Source of the DNA: an uncultured Elusimicrobia bacterium
Lineage (GTDB): Bacteria; Elusimicrobiota; Elusimicrobia; 2-01-FULL-59-12
NCBI GenBank assembly: GCA_963702895.1
Contig: OY969767.1
Location: 864,001 to 928,000 of the forward strand
DNA length: 64,000 nucleotides
Reading direction: 5' to 3'
Positions within the stretch are counted from its first letter, which is position 1, and each line of letters starts with the position of its first letter. Below, piece by piece: positions 51,032 to 60,066 of this stretch. The notes beneath the pieces are model-generated. The model did not search any database and was not told where the DNA came from. It saw nothing but the letters and a program-made list of their open reading frames with translations. Made by a program: the position numbers and the translations under genes.

Positions 51032-51927
51032 GTCACGGGGAGCTGATGGCGGAACCACGTCATTTGGCGTTTGGCGTATTGCCTTGTGTCCTGAATGAGG
51101 AGCCGCAAACATTCCTCCTGAGAGATCGTTCCTTGAAGGTAACTTAGGATTCTGGGATAACCCAGTCCGGTGAGCGCAGGACAGTCTCGCGGATAGCCGA
51201 GCGCCAGCAGTCTTTGGGTTTCCTCGATCATGCCGTCCTTGAGCATGGTGCGGCACCTCGCCTCAATCCGGCGGAGGAGTTCCTCACGCCCAAGATCAAT
51301 GCCGATGAATCGAATCTTGACGTCATGGGACTTTCCTGTCGCTTTGCCGCCTTCCCCCCCGGCTGGAGGGATAGGCCTCATGGTAGGTTGGCGATGCCAC
51401 AGCGATATGGGTTTTCCCGTCAACTCATAGACCTCCAGCGCTCGCACAAGCCGCTGGATGTTGTTGGCGGGGATCTTGGCTGCCGCTTCGGGATCGACTT
51501 GGGCCAGTCTTCGGTGCAGGTGTTCGCGTCCTCGGTCCTCTGCTTCCTGCTTGAGTCGCGCTCGCGTCTTGGGATCGGCGGGCGGAAGCGGAGCCAGACC
51601 TTCATGAAGAGCTTTGAAATAGAGTCCAGTCCCCCCCACCAGGATTGGCTTTTTGCCGCGCTGGCCTATCTCATGGATCTTCTCCAAGGCCAGTCGCACA
51701 AAATCCGCAGCCGTGAAAGTGCTCGCCGGGTCCCAGAAATCAACAAGGTGATAGGGCACGCCGCGCACGAGGTAGGCGCGTCCCACCCATTTCCCTTCGG
51801 GCTTCGCTGTTCCGATCGCCAGGTGCTCATAGATCTGCCGCGAATCGACGGAGATCAGCTCCGCGTTATTCGCGGCCGCAAGTTCAAGCGCTTTCTCCGT
51901 TTTTCCCGACGCGGTAGGGCCGACCAT
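51016..51927 (-). CDS. miaA: tRNA dimethylallyltransferase (start uncertain)
   Basis: GPTASGKT, SVDSRQIY, VGGTGLY, TRQYAKRQMTWF. Confidence 0.93.
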   Translation of the reverse strand: MVGPTASGKTEKALELAAANNAELISVDSRQIYEHLAIGTAKPEGKWVGRAYLVRGVPYHLVDFWDPASTFTAADFVRLALEKIHEIGQRGKKPILVGGTGLYFKALHEGLAPLPPADPKTRARLKQEAEDRGREHLHRRLAQVDPEAAAKIPANNIQRLVRALEVYELTGKPISLWHRQPTMRPIPPAGGEGGKATGKSHDVKIRFIGIDLGREELLRRIEARCRTMLKDGMIEETQRLLALGYPRDCPALTGLGYPRILSYLQGTISQEECLRLLIQDTRQYAKRQMTWFRHQLPVTWNAL

Positions 51928-52103
51928 CGCGAGGATGTTGAGGTGTCTATCGATTTTGTTCTCTTTCGCGTCAGCGACGAGGGAGACTCAAGGGTTGAAC
52001 ACAGAGGACAGGGGCAATGGAAATTTTGTGAGGCCAAAAGCGAATGAACCGCAGCAGGCCCTCCACCCTCTGCTTACTTCACTGCCGAAAAGGTCCGCCG
52101 CCG

Positions 52104-52439
52104 TTACAGAGGGATGTGGACGCGGAAGCGGCGGATCGAGGACAGAATGAGTTTGCCTCCGGGCATCGTCGCGCGAACGACAAACTGATGGTTGCCGGGC
52201 GCGTAGTCCTTGTAGTCGTACCACCAATGGGTGCCGGACACGCGACAGGCCTCCCAGGGGCCACGATCCATGGAGATCTCCACCTGTTCCGGGATGGCCC
52301 GGACGGTGAAACGGAACGTATAGGTGGAAGCGATGATCGTCTCCATCTGACGCGGATAGTCCACCGTGATCATGGGCTTGCGCAAGGTGATCGGCGTCAG
52401 CATGATCGTTTCGACATTCTCCCTCAATTTTTCAAGCAT
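52104..52439 (-). CDS. Hypothetical protein, possibly Ig-like beta-sandwich
   Basis: AGGGGGAG SD; ITVDYP...VEISMDRGPW...WWYD...PGNHQFVVRA. Confidence 0.6.
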   Translation of the reverse strand: MLEKLRENVETIMLTPITLRKPMITVDYPRQMETIIASTYTFRFTVRAIPEQVEISMDRGPWEACRVSGTHWWYDYKDYAPGNHQFVVRATMPGGKLILSSIRRFRVHIPL

Positions 52440-52541
52440 GAAGTTCTCCCCCTTCGTAAGGACATTCGATCGTAGATCGGCTATGGTATAGCAAAAGTTG
52501 AAGCAAGACTCCAGCGCCTGCGGCTGTGGCGGCCGGCGTGA

Positions 52542-53015
52542 TCAGTCTTCCAGAAGACTCCGCAGCATCCAAGCGGTCTTCTCATGGATCTGCATGCGCT
52601 GCGTGAGAAGGTCCAGCGTGGCCTGATCGCCTGCCTTCTCGGCGGCAGGGAAGGCTTTCTTGGCTGTTTGAACCAGGGTCTGGTGGTCAGACAAGAGCTG
52701 CCGGATCATGTCTTGGGCCTTGATCACTCCGACCGCTTCTTGGATCTGCGTCAGTTTACCGAACTCCGCGTAGGAGCCCGGAGAGCGCTGTCCAACGGCC
52801 CGGATGCGTTCCGCAATTAAATCGACCGCTAAGGCAAGCTCGTTGTAGTGGGTTTCAAACATCAAATGGAGCGTTTGAAACATCGGGCCCGTCACATTCC
52901 AATGGAAGTTATGGGTTTTGAGGTAGAGGGTATAGGAATCGGCCAAGAGCAGGCCCAATCCTTCTGCGATGGCTTTCCGATCCTTCATGGGAACTTCTGT
53001 TGTCATGACACTCAT
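52542..53015 (-). CDS. dps: Dps family ferritin-like protein
   Basis: [44 protein letters not shown]. Confidence 0.95.
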   Translation of the reverse strand: MSVMTTEVPMKDRKAIAEGLGLLLADSYTLYLKTHNFHWNVTGPMFQTLHLMFETHYNELALAVDLIAERIRAVGQRSPGSYAEFGKLTQIQEAVGVIKAQDMIRQLLSDHQTLVQTAKKAFPAAEKAGDQATLDLLTQRMQIHEKTAWMLRSLLED

Positions 53016-53177
53016 GGTTGCTCCTCCTTATTGAGAATTGATTCTATCTTTATTTCAATCCAGCTTTCATGGGATTCGGATGACCGGCACAACTCAAAAA
53101 AGATATGCTCATCCCGCAGGCAGTGGGTTGACCCGAGAGGGTGGAAGATCTTGTCGTTGCATGGGAGGCATCGCGTC

Positions 53178-54536
53178 ATGAAAAAGCGGGTGGTGTGGTC
53201 GGGCGGTGGTCTGTTGATTCTGGTGCTCGGTCTGGGGGTTTTGAATATCTTTTTCTTCGACGGGACTCCGTTTCAGCAATACCCAAAGGAAAATCCAGCC
53301 GCTGATGCGATCCGCCCCATCTTGGAGAAAAAATGCCTGAGCTGCCACAGCCCCGCCGGACGAGCGCCTTATTACGCCATTGTTCCTCCGGCTAAGCAAC
53401 TGATCGCTCGCGACATGAAAACAGGGACACTCCTCTTTAATTTAGAAAAATTTATGAACCCCCCAGCGGGAGAGCCATTCCATGAGGCTGAGCTGGCCCA
53501 TCTGGAACAAAGCGTGGAGGATGGTTCCATGCCACCACCGCAGTTTCTGGCCCTGCACTGGGATTGCCGGCTGAGCGCTCAAGACAAAGACGCGCTCCGC
53601 CGCTTCATTAAGGAGAGTCGCAAGGCTTTTGTCACCCGGAAGGGTGCGGATGTCTACACCTGGGGTGCGCTTCAGCCTCTTCCAGAACAACCCGGCGCTC
53701 ATCTGGCCCGGGCGGTGCTTGGCAACAAGCTTTTTCACGACAAACGTCTTTCCGGAGACAACACGATCTCGTGCGCCACCTGCCACGACCTGGCGAAAGG
53801 CGGAACAGATCAGAAACAATTCTCGACCGGGGTCCGCGACCAACGGGGGCCCATCAATTCGCCCACCGTCTTTAACGCCCGGTACAATTTCGTCCAGTTC
53901 TGGGATGGCCGCGCGAAAGACTTGAAGGAACAAGCCGCCGGACCCGTGACCAATCCCATCGAGATGGATGCCAAGTGGCCGAAGGTTCTGGCCAAGCTCC
54001 GCCAGGACCCGGAGCTCACGAAGGCGTTCGACGCGAGCTACCCCGACGGCATCACCCAGGATAACGTCCAGGATGCCATCGCGGAATTTGAAAAGACCCT
54101 GGTCACGCCTCATTCCCGCTTTGACCGCTACCTGCGCGGCGATCAGGCCGCGCTGTCGAAGGAAGAAGCCATGGGGCTGCAGGTGTTTCTTCAAAAAGGC
54201 TGTCAGACCTGTCACGTTGGGAAAATTCTGGGTGGGCAATCCTTCGAGAAGATGGGTCTTGTACGGGATTACTTTGCCGATCGCGGAGGGCTGACCGAAG
54301 CGGACAACGGCCGGTTCAATGTGACCAAGAAGGAAGAAGACCGGCATTACTTTAAGGTCCCAACGTTAAGGAATATTGAACTGACCTTCCCCTACTTCCA
54401 CGATGGGAGCAGGACGGATCTGAAGCAGGCCGTCAAAGTCATGGGGAAATATCAGATCGAGAAATCGCTCAGCGACGCCGAGGCCGAGAAGATCACGGCC
54501 TTCCTCAAAACGCTGACGGACGAAACCTTGCGCTAG
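53178..54536 (+). CDS. Cytochrome c peroxidase with an extra N-terminal heme domain (triheme type)
   Basis: Three CxxCH motifs (CLSCH, CATCH, CQTCH), QFWDGRA, FKVPTLRN..PYFHDG; N-terminal TM helix. Confidence 0.9.
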   Translation: MKKRVVWSGGGLLILVLGLGVLNIFFFDGTPFQQYPKENPAADAIRPILEKKCLSCHSPAGRAPYYAIVPPAKQLIARDMKTGTLLFNLEKFMNPPAGEPFHEAELAHLEQSVEDGSMPPPQFLALHWDCRLSAQDKDALRRFIKESRKAFVTRKGADVYTWGALQPLPEQPGAHLARAVLGNKLFHDKRLSGDNTISCATCHDLAKGGTDQKQFSTGVRDQRGPINSPTVFNARYNFVQFWDGRAKDLKEQAAGPVTNPIEMDAKWPKVLAKLRQDPELTKAFDASYPDGITQDNVQDAIAEFEKTLVTPHSRFDRYLRGDQAALSKEEAMGLQVFLQKGCQTCHVGKILGGQSFEKMGLVRDYFADRGGLTEADNGRFNVTKKEEDRHYFKVPTLRNIELTFPYFHDGSRTDLKQAVKVMGKYQIEKSLSDAEAEKITAFLKTLTDETLR

Positions 54537-54548
54537 ATCCTACGACCC

Positions 54549-54632
54549 GGGGACGTTCCTCACGATCTCACGGTTTTGCCGACTCCCAACGCTGGCAGGC
54601 GCCGACACCGTGAGATCGTGAGGAACGTCCCC
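54549..54632. repeat. Perfect 26-bp inverted repeat around a 32-nt spacer (REP-doublet-like)
   Basis: GGGGACGTTCCTCACGATCTCACGGT ... ACCGTGAGATCGTGAGGAACGTCCCC. Confidence 0.85.
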
Positions 54633-54711
54633 TGGTCGTCATAGACCGCCGGGTAAAAGAACTGAGTAAGGCCAGGTGATCAGAAAGAGAACAAGACAAC
54701 TCGAAGGTCGT

Positions 54712-55401
54712 TTAGCGTACCCAGTAGGTTAGGGATAAATAGATCCCAACACCGATGAAAATGATTCCGGTGCCGAGGCGTCCCCATTTTTCGATCTTGC
54801 CGACCTGGTGAAACACCGTTCCAAGCGAGCGCGCGCCCAGGGCAATCAAAACGGCGAACACCGCCACCGGTGCGGCGGTTCCGATTCCGTAGGCAACGGG
54901 CAGGATCAGGCGTGATTCATGAGCGAAGGATAGAGGGATTAAACTTCCGAAGAACAAGGCTGCTGAAACTGGGCAAAAGGACAACGCGAACAGCAACCCC
55001 AGGGCGGCTGATCCCCACAGTCCCCAGCCCTCGGCGCGCACCTGAATCTTTTGCAAAAAACGACTGTCTCCACTGATGCTGAGCGGAATGAGGCCGACTA
55101 CCACCAATCCGGTCACGATCAGAAGCGGGCCGAGGGCTTTGTTCAGGTATCGTTGAAGCGCGAACGATACGCTCGAAATCGAAAGCACTCCACCCACCAA
55201 GACCGCCGCAAGCACCGCATAGCTCATCGTCCGCCCGGCTGTGTAAAGGAGCCCCGAAAGCCATACATAGCTCGGACAATCCATTTTGCGACCGATAAAG
55301 GAGAGTGCTGTGATGTTTGTGGCCAGAGGGCAAGGGCTGATCGACGTCATGATCCCCAGCCAGAAGGCGCTGCCTACCGCCATCGCAAAGGAATCCATCA
55401 T
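54712..55401 (-). CDS. ArsG-like (CcdA/DsbD-fold) membrane protein
   Basis: SISPCPLATN, ALSFCPVSAALFFG; about 6 TM helices; ars context. Confidence 0.75.
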   Translation of the reverse strand: MMDSFAMAVGSAFWLGIMTSISPCPLATNITALSFIGRKMDCPSYVWLSGLLYTAGRTMSYAVLAAVLVGGVLSISSVSFALQRYLNKALGPLLIVTGLVVVGLIPLSISGDSRFLQKIQVRAEGWGLWGSAALGLLFALSFCPVSAALFFGSLIPLSFAHESRLILPVAYGIGTAAPVAVFAVLIALGARSLGTVFHQVGKIEKWGRLGTGIIFIGVGIYLSLTYWVR

Positions 55402-55832
55402 GAGCCCTTCGTAAATTGGCGAATTTCGTCTTCAATGTAACGGCTGAAGGCTTCGGGCTTGCCGACCAGCCGCCAGACTTGGTCTAGATTCTTCCACCGG
55501 GCAGGTTTACCCTTTTCTTCGCTGACAAGCACGAGAGAGCTGGCGTACAAATCGAATTCCTTAATGAAGTGACGGTTGGCCGGCTGGTCAATATTGACGA
55601 CTCGCCATTCCATAGAGCCATTCTTGAGCTCCTGGGGGAACCCCTTTTTTATGGCGTCTGCCGAATAAGCTTCAATCTTGCGGCAGGTTGGACAACGCCG
55701 AGTCGAATGGAAATAGTAAGCAACGGTATTTGCGGATGAGAGAGGCTGCAGAGCCGCGTCTGTGGCTTTCTCTGCCGCAAAGCTCGGCGAGCATCCCAAC
55801 AGCATCACGACGATAAGAATCCCTCTGCTCAT
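55398..55832 (-). CDS. ArsF-like secreted thioredoxin-fold protein
   Basis: Signal peptide, YYFHSTRRCPTCRKIE, WKNLDQVW. Confidence 0.75.
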   Translation of the reverse strand: MSRGILIVVMLLGCSPSFAAEKATDAALQPLSSANTVAYYFHSTRRCPTCRKIEAYSADAIKKGFPQELKNGSMEWRVVNIDQPANRHFIKEFDLYASSLVLVSEEKGKPARWKNLDQVWRLVGKPEAFSRYIEDEIRQFTKGS

Positions 55833-55842
55833 TGACGACCTC

Positions 55843-56076
55843 CTAAACCAGAAACTTCTTGATCTCATCGACCGAGGGGACATGGCCCGAAACTTTGACT
55901 TTACCGTCGACCGCCAAGGCGGGTGTCATCATGACGCCGAAACTGATAATCTGGTTGATGTCGGTCACTTTCTCAATCTTGTACTCGATGCCCAACGCTT
56001 TCGCGGCGGCCTCGGCCTGCTCCATGAGTTTGAGGCATTTCGGGCATCCGGTGCCGAAGATCTGAATTTTCTTCAT
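55843..56076 (-). CDS. Small thioredoxin-family protein (MTH895/ArsE-like)
   Basis: IFGTGCPKC, GVMMTPAL. Confidence 0.85.
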   Translation of the reverse strand: MKKIQIFGTGCPKCLKLMEQAEAAAKALGIEYKIEKVTDINQIISFGVMMTPALAVDGKVKVSGHVPSVDEIKKFLV

Positions 56077-56089
56077 TCAGGATTCCTTT

Positions 56090-57394
56090 CTAGGCGAACA
56101 GCATTCCGTACAGGATCCCGGTGACGGTCGCCATCGAGATGACCAGTGAAACATACACCACGGTCTTCTTCGTGCCCAGGATGCTTTTGAGAACCAGCAT
56201 GCTCGGAAGCGAAAGCGCGGGACCGGCCAGGAGAAGCGCAAGTGCCGGACCCTTCCCCATGCCGCTTCCCATCAGTCCTTGAAGAATGGGGATCTCCGTG
56301 CAGGTCGCGAAATACATGAAGGCTCCGAGGATTGAGGCGAGGAAGTTCGCTGTCCAGGAATTGCCACCCACGGCTCTCGATACCCAAACGGAGGAAATCA
56401 GTCCTTCGTGCTCCGGCCGCCCGAGGAGCAGCCCGGCAGCGAGAATCCCCCAGAAAAGAAGAGGCGTGATCTCTTTGGCGAAATCCCAGGAGGCTTTGAA
56501 CCAGGTTCCAAGCTCGCCCTCCGAGGTGCTGGTCAGCCACGAAAGGCCGATCACCCCGGCGCCGAAGGAAAGCAGCGTTTGTTCCGGCCAGATCAAAGCG
56601 AAGATCGCAGTGGGCGCGCCAGCCGCGACGACCCGCATGGTGTTGGCACCGAACCACTTCACCAGCACGACGGCAAGACCGAGGCTGGCCATACTGGTCA
56701 GCCACCATTTCACCTGAAAGACCACAAACCAGGCCCCACGCGCTTGCGCGGGTTGAGTCCAGTTCGACAAGACGAGGATCGCGACAAGAAGGGCCATGAA
56801 GGTCGCGTTCTGCCAGAGCGGACGGGTCGGAGTCTCTGCCGGCATCTGCATCTGGGCTTCCGCTTTGGCTGTTTCTTCCTTTCGGAAAATCACTTGCATC
56901 AAAAGACCAATCACGACGCTAAACACCACGGCACCGACCGTGCGCGCGACACCGATTTCGAACCCCAGAACCCGAGCTGTCAGGACGATTGCCAGGACAT
57001 TGATCGCGGGGCCCGAATAGAGGAAGGCGGTCGCCGGTCCCAGCCCCGCCCCCATACGCCAAATCCCGGAGAAAAGCGGCAGAATCGTGCAGGAGCAAAC
57101 GGCCAGAATCGTTCCGGAGACGGAAGCGACGCCATAGGCGAGCGGCTTGGGGGCCCGGGCGCCGAGGTATTTCATGACGGACGCCTGGCTGACGAACACC
57201 GAGATGGCTCCGGCGATATAGAACGCGGGAATTAGACAGAGAAGCACGTGCTCCCGGGCATACCACTTGAGAAGGTGCAGCGATTCCATCACAGCGTTGT
57301 CGAATCGCAGCGAGCCGACCGGCAGATGAAACGCGATGAGGAACACCGCGACCATCACCGCTAAGGACTTCCACTCACTTTTCCAGTTGTTCAT
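56090..57394 (-). CDS. arsP: ArsP/DUF318 family permease
   Basis: LAVCSCTILPLF, FLYSGPAINV, LLAGPALSLP. Confidence 0.82.
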   Translation of the reverse strand: MNNWKSEWKSLAVMVAVFLIAFHLPVGSLRFDNAVMESLHLLKWYAREHVLLCLIPAFYIAGAISVFVSQASVMKYLGARAPKPLAYGVASVSGTILAVCSCTILPLFSGIWRMGAGLGPATAFLYSGPAINVLAIVLTARVLGFEIGVARTVGAVVFSVVIGLLMQVIFRKEETAKAEAQMQMPAETPTRPLWQNATFMALLVAILVLSNWTQPAQARGAWFVVFQVKWWLTSMASLGLAVVLVKWFGANTMRVVAAGAPTAIFALIWPEQTLLSFGAGVIGLSWLTSTSEGELGTWFKASWDFAKEITPLLFWGILAAGLLLGRPEHEGLISSVWVSRAVGGNSWTANFLASILGAFMYFATCTEIPILQGLMGSGMGKGPALALLLAGPALSLPSMLVLKSILGTKKTVVYVSLVISMATVTGILYGMLFA

Positions 57395-58431
57395 AACGCC
57401 CGCTCGTACCATAGGCGGCTGGCCAGGCACACCCGGCACACCGAAAGCATGACGGGCACCTCGACGAGCACCCCTACCACCGTCGCCAGTGCCGCGCCCG
57501 AGCCTGGTCCATAGAGCGCAATCGCCGTAGCCACGGCCAGCTCGAAGAAGTTCGAAGCGCCGATCAGCGCGCCGGGAGCCGCCACTGGATAGGGGACCTT
57601 GAGCAGTTTCATCAGCCCGTAGGCAAGCCCGGAGTTGAAATACACCTGAATGAGAATCGGAATGGCAATCAAAACCACATGGAAGGCGCGCGTCGTGATG
57701 TTTTCCGCTTGAAAAGCAAAAATCGCCACCAGCGTACACAAAAGAGCCGAGATGGCCACCGGCTGAAAGCCCGGCAAGAACCGTTCATTGAACCAGGCCA
57801 GCCCTTTGCGCTTGATCACCATCGCCCGGCTCATGGATCCCAGCGCAAGCGGAATGACGACAAAGATCGCGACGGAATAAAGCAGCACCCGAAAGGGCAC
57901 CTCGAGGCCCGATGCGCCCGACACCAGGAACTTCACGATGGGAGCAAAGGCAAAGAGCATGATGAGGTCATTCACCGACACTTGGACCAGGGTGTAGGCG
58001 GGATCCCCCTTGGAAAGATACGACCAGACAAACACCATGGCCGTGCAGGGCGCGGCCGCCAGGATGATGACCCCCGCGATGTATTGACCGGCGAGTTCCG
58101 GCCCAATCCATGGGGAGAAAAGGTGCTTGAAGAAGAGCCACCCCAGGAAGGCCATGGAGAAGGGTTTGACGAGCCAATTGACGACAAGCGTCACAAGAAG
58201 TCCCTTGGGTCTTTCGCCCACGCTTCGGATCGAAGCAAAGTCGATCTTGAGCATCATCGGATAGATCATCAGCCAGATGAGAACAGCGATGGGGATGTTG
58301 ATCTGGCTGCCTGAACCAAACTCGAGCGACCGGACCACGGCGACCCCCTCCGGAAAGAGGCGACCCAGCGCGATGCCCAGAACCATGCAGAGGCCAACCC
58401 ACAAGGTCAAATACCTTTCGAAGAGATTCAT
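57391..58431 (-). CDS. acr3: ACR3 family arsenite efflux transporter
   Basis: FERYLTLWV, APCTAMVFVW, ASNFFELA, LVEVPVML. Confidence 0.95.
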   Translation of the reverse strand: MNLFERYLTLWVGLCMVLGIALGRLFPEGVAVVRSLEFGSGSQINIPIAVLIWLMIYPMMLKIDFASIRSVGERPKGLLVTLVVNWLVKPFSMAFLGWLFFKHLFSPWIGPELAGQYIAGVIILAAAPCTAMVFVWSYLSKGDPAYTLVQVSVNDLIMLFAFAPIVKFLVSGASGLEVPFRVLLYSVAIFVVIPLALGSMSRAMVIKRKGLAWFNERFLPGFQPVAISALLCTLVAIFAFQAENITTRAFHVVLIAIPILIQVYFNSGLAYGLMKLLKVPYPVAAPGALIGASNFFELAVATAIALYGPGSGAALATVVGVLVEVPVMLSVCRVCLASRLWYERAL

Positions 58432-58523
58432 CGGCTTACAGCCATTCGGACTTCATCAAAGACGGACCTGACAAAACCTCAATTTGCTCACAAGAAGAGC
58501 ACGCGGTGGAGGGTGTCATGGAA

Positions 58524-59972
58524 TTAGACTTCAAGCACTTCTTCCCTACGACTCGAGGTCGGGGTGCGATCGGGTGTCGGACATTGGCCGGTCCAGCAGT
58601 AGAGGCAGAGCTTTTCGCGAGGGACACCGATCGCGCTCACCATGTCTTCGGCTGTCTGGTACTTGAGGCTGGAAACACTCAAGTCGTTGGCAATCCAGTT
58701 CACCATGGCCTGATACTTGGGGTGTGACGGGTCCAAGTAGGCGGAGACGTCTTCGACGTCTTGGCCTTCGAGCGCCCGAATGGCCCGCCGAGCGGCGAGC
58801 TCCTGGGTCGTGCGGGTGGAGAGGTTAAACCGGCAGGGAAACATGAGCGGCGGGCAGGCGATGCGGACGTGGATCTCTTTCGCGCCCGCTTTCTTGAGTT
58901 TGTCGATCGTGAAGTTTTTGAGCTGCGTCCCGCGGACGATGGAGTCGTCGCACACGACAATGCGCTGAGCTTCGGCCACCTTTTGGACCGAGACCAGTTT
59001 CATTGTGGCCACCAAGTCACGCGACGCCTGAGAAGGCGGGGTGTAGCTTCGCCCGTAGCCGGGGGTGTATTTGACCAGCGGCCGCCGGAAGGGCTTGCCG
59101 CTTTCCATTGCATAGCCAATGGCGTGCGTCGTTCCGGAGTCCGGCACACCGCACACCTGATCGATCTCTAGCCCCTGATCGCGCCGGGCGAGCTTTGCCC
59201 CTGAGCGCTCGCGCACGATCTCGGTATTGACGCCTTCGTAATCGGAAGCGGGAAACCCTGTATAAATCCAGAGGAACGAGCAAATCTGGGTGCATTCTCC
59301 GGCGGGCCGGACCGTTTGCAGACCCTGTTCGCTTAAGAGCACAATCTCGCCTGGCCCGAGGACTTTCACGACTTCAAAACCGTTGTTGGGAAAGGCGGTG
59401 GTTTCGGTGGTGACCGCCCATCCGGAGCCGCGCCGGCCGATGACGAGCGGCGAATAGCCGTAGCGGTCTCTTGCGGCATAAATCCCGTCCTCGCTTAAAA
59501 TCAACATCGTGCAGGATCCTTTGATCTTCTCGAAGACTTGTTCGATGCCGTCCAAGAGCGTCTCGCCCTGCGCCACGATCCGGGCGATGAGTTCCGAGGC
59601 GTTCACGCCATCGCCTTTCATCTCAGAAAAAGAATTGCCCTGGCGCATCAGGTCCTCCGCCAGCTGCTGGGTGTTTTCAATGCGGCCGTTGGTCGCAATG
59701 CAAAAGGAGCCAACCTTGGATTTCAGAAAGATAGGTTGTTCTTCGAGCGCGCTGATGACGCCGATGCCCTTGTTGCCTTTTAGGGATGACAAATCTTCAT
59801 AAAACTTGGATTTGAATTGGCTCTGGGAGATGTTGTGGATTCTCCGGACGAAGGTCTCGCCCAGCACCGCGAGGCCTCCGTACTCGGTGCCCAGGTGCGA
59901 GTGATAGTCCGTTCCGAATAAAAGGGTGTCGATACAATCCGTCTTGGAGACAACGCCGAAAAGTCCGCTCAT
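58524..59972 (-). CDS. purF: Amidophosphoribosyltransferase lacking the N-terminal catalytic Cys
   Basis: MSGLFG start, RDRYG..PL, GVPDSG, DDSIVRGT, RIACPP, CLYC; AGGAGG SD. Confidence 0.88.
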   Translation of the reverse strand: MSGLFGVVSKTDCIDTLLFGTDYHSHLGTEYGGLAVLGETFVRRIHNISQSQFKSKFYEDLSSLKGNKGIGVISALEEQPIFLKSKVGSFCIATNGRIENTQQLAEDLMRQGNSFSEMKGDGVNASELIARIVAQGETLLDGIEQVFEKIKGSCTMLILSEDGIYAARDRYGYSPLVIGRRGSGWAVTTETTAFPNNGFEVVKVLGPGEIVLLSEQGLQTVRPAGECTQICSFLWIYTGFPASDYEGVNTEIVRERSGAKLARRDQGLEIDQVCGVPDSGTTHAIGYAMESGKPFRRPLVKYTPGYGRSYTPPSQASRDLVATMKLVSVQKVAEAQRIVVCDDSIVRGTQLKNFTIDKLKKAGAKEIHVRIACPPLMFPCRFNLSTRTTQELAARRAIRALEGQDVEDVSAYLDPSHPKYQAMVNWIANDLSVSSLKYQTAEDMVSAIGVPREKLCLYCWTGQCPTPDRTPTSSRREEVLEV

Positions 59973-60066
59973 AGGCTCGTTCCTCCTGAATCCATTCTAA
60001 CACAACCGATGTTGATCTATAATGCTGACGTCTTTAGAATCCCTGTCCCAGACCAAGGAACCTCTT

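Noticed and set aside
58436..58518. Small CxxC peptide (MTPSTACSSCEQ...) upstream of acr3 as an arsenic-sensing leader
   Set aside because: Only about 27 codons with no SD or family match; it cannot be distinguished from chance.
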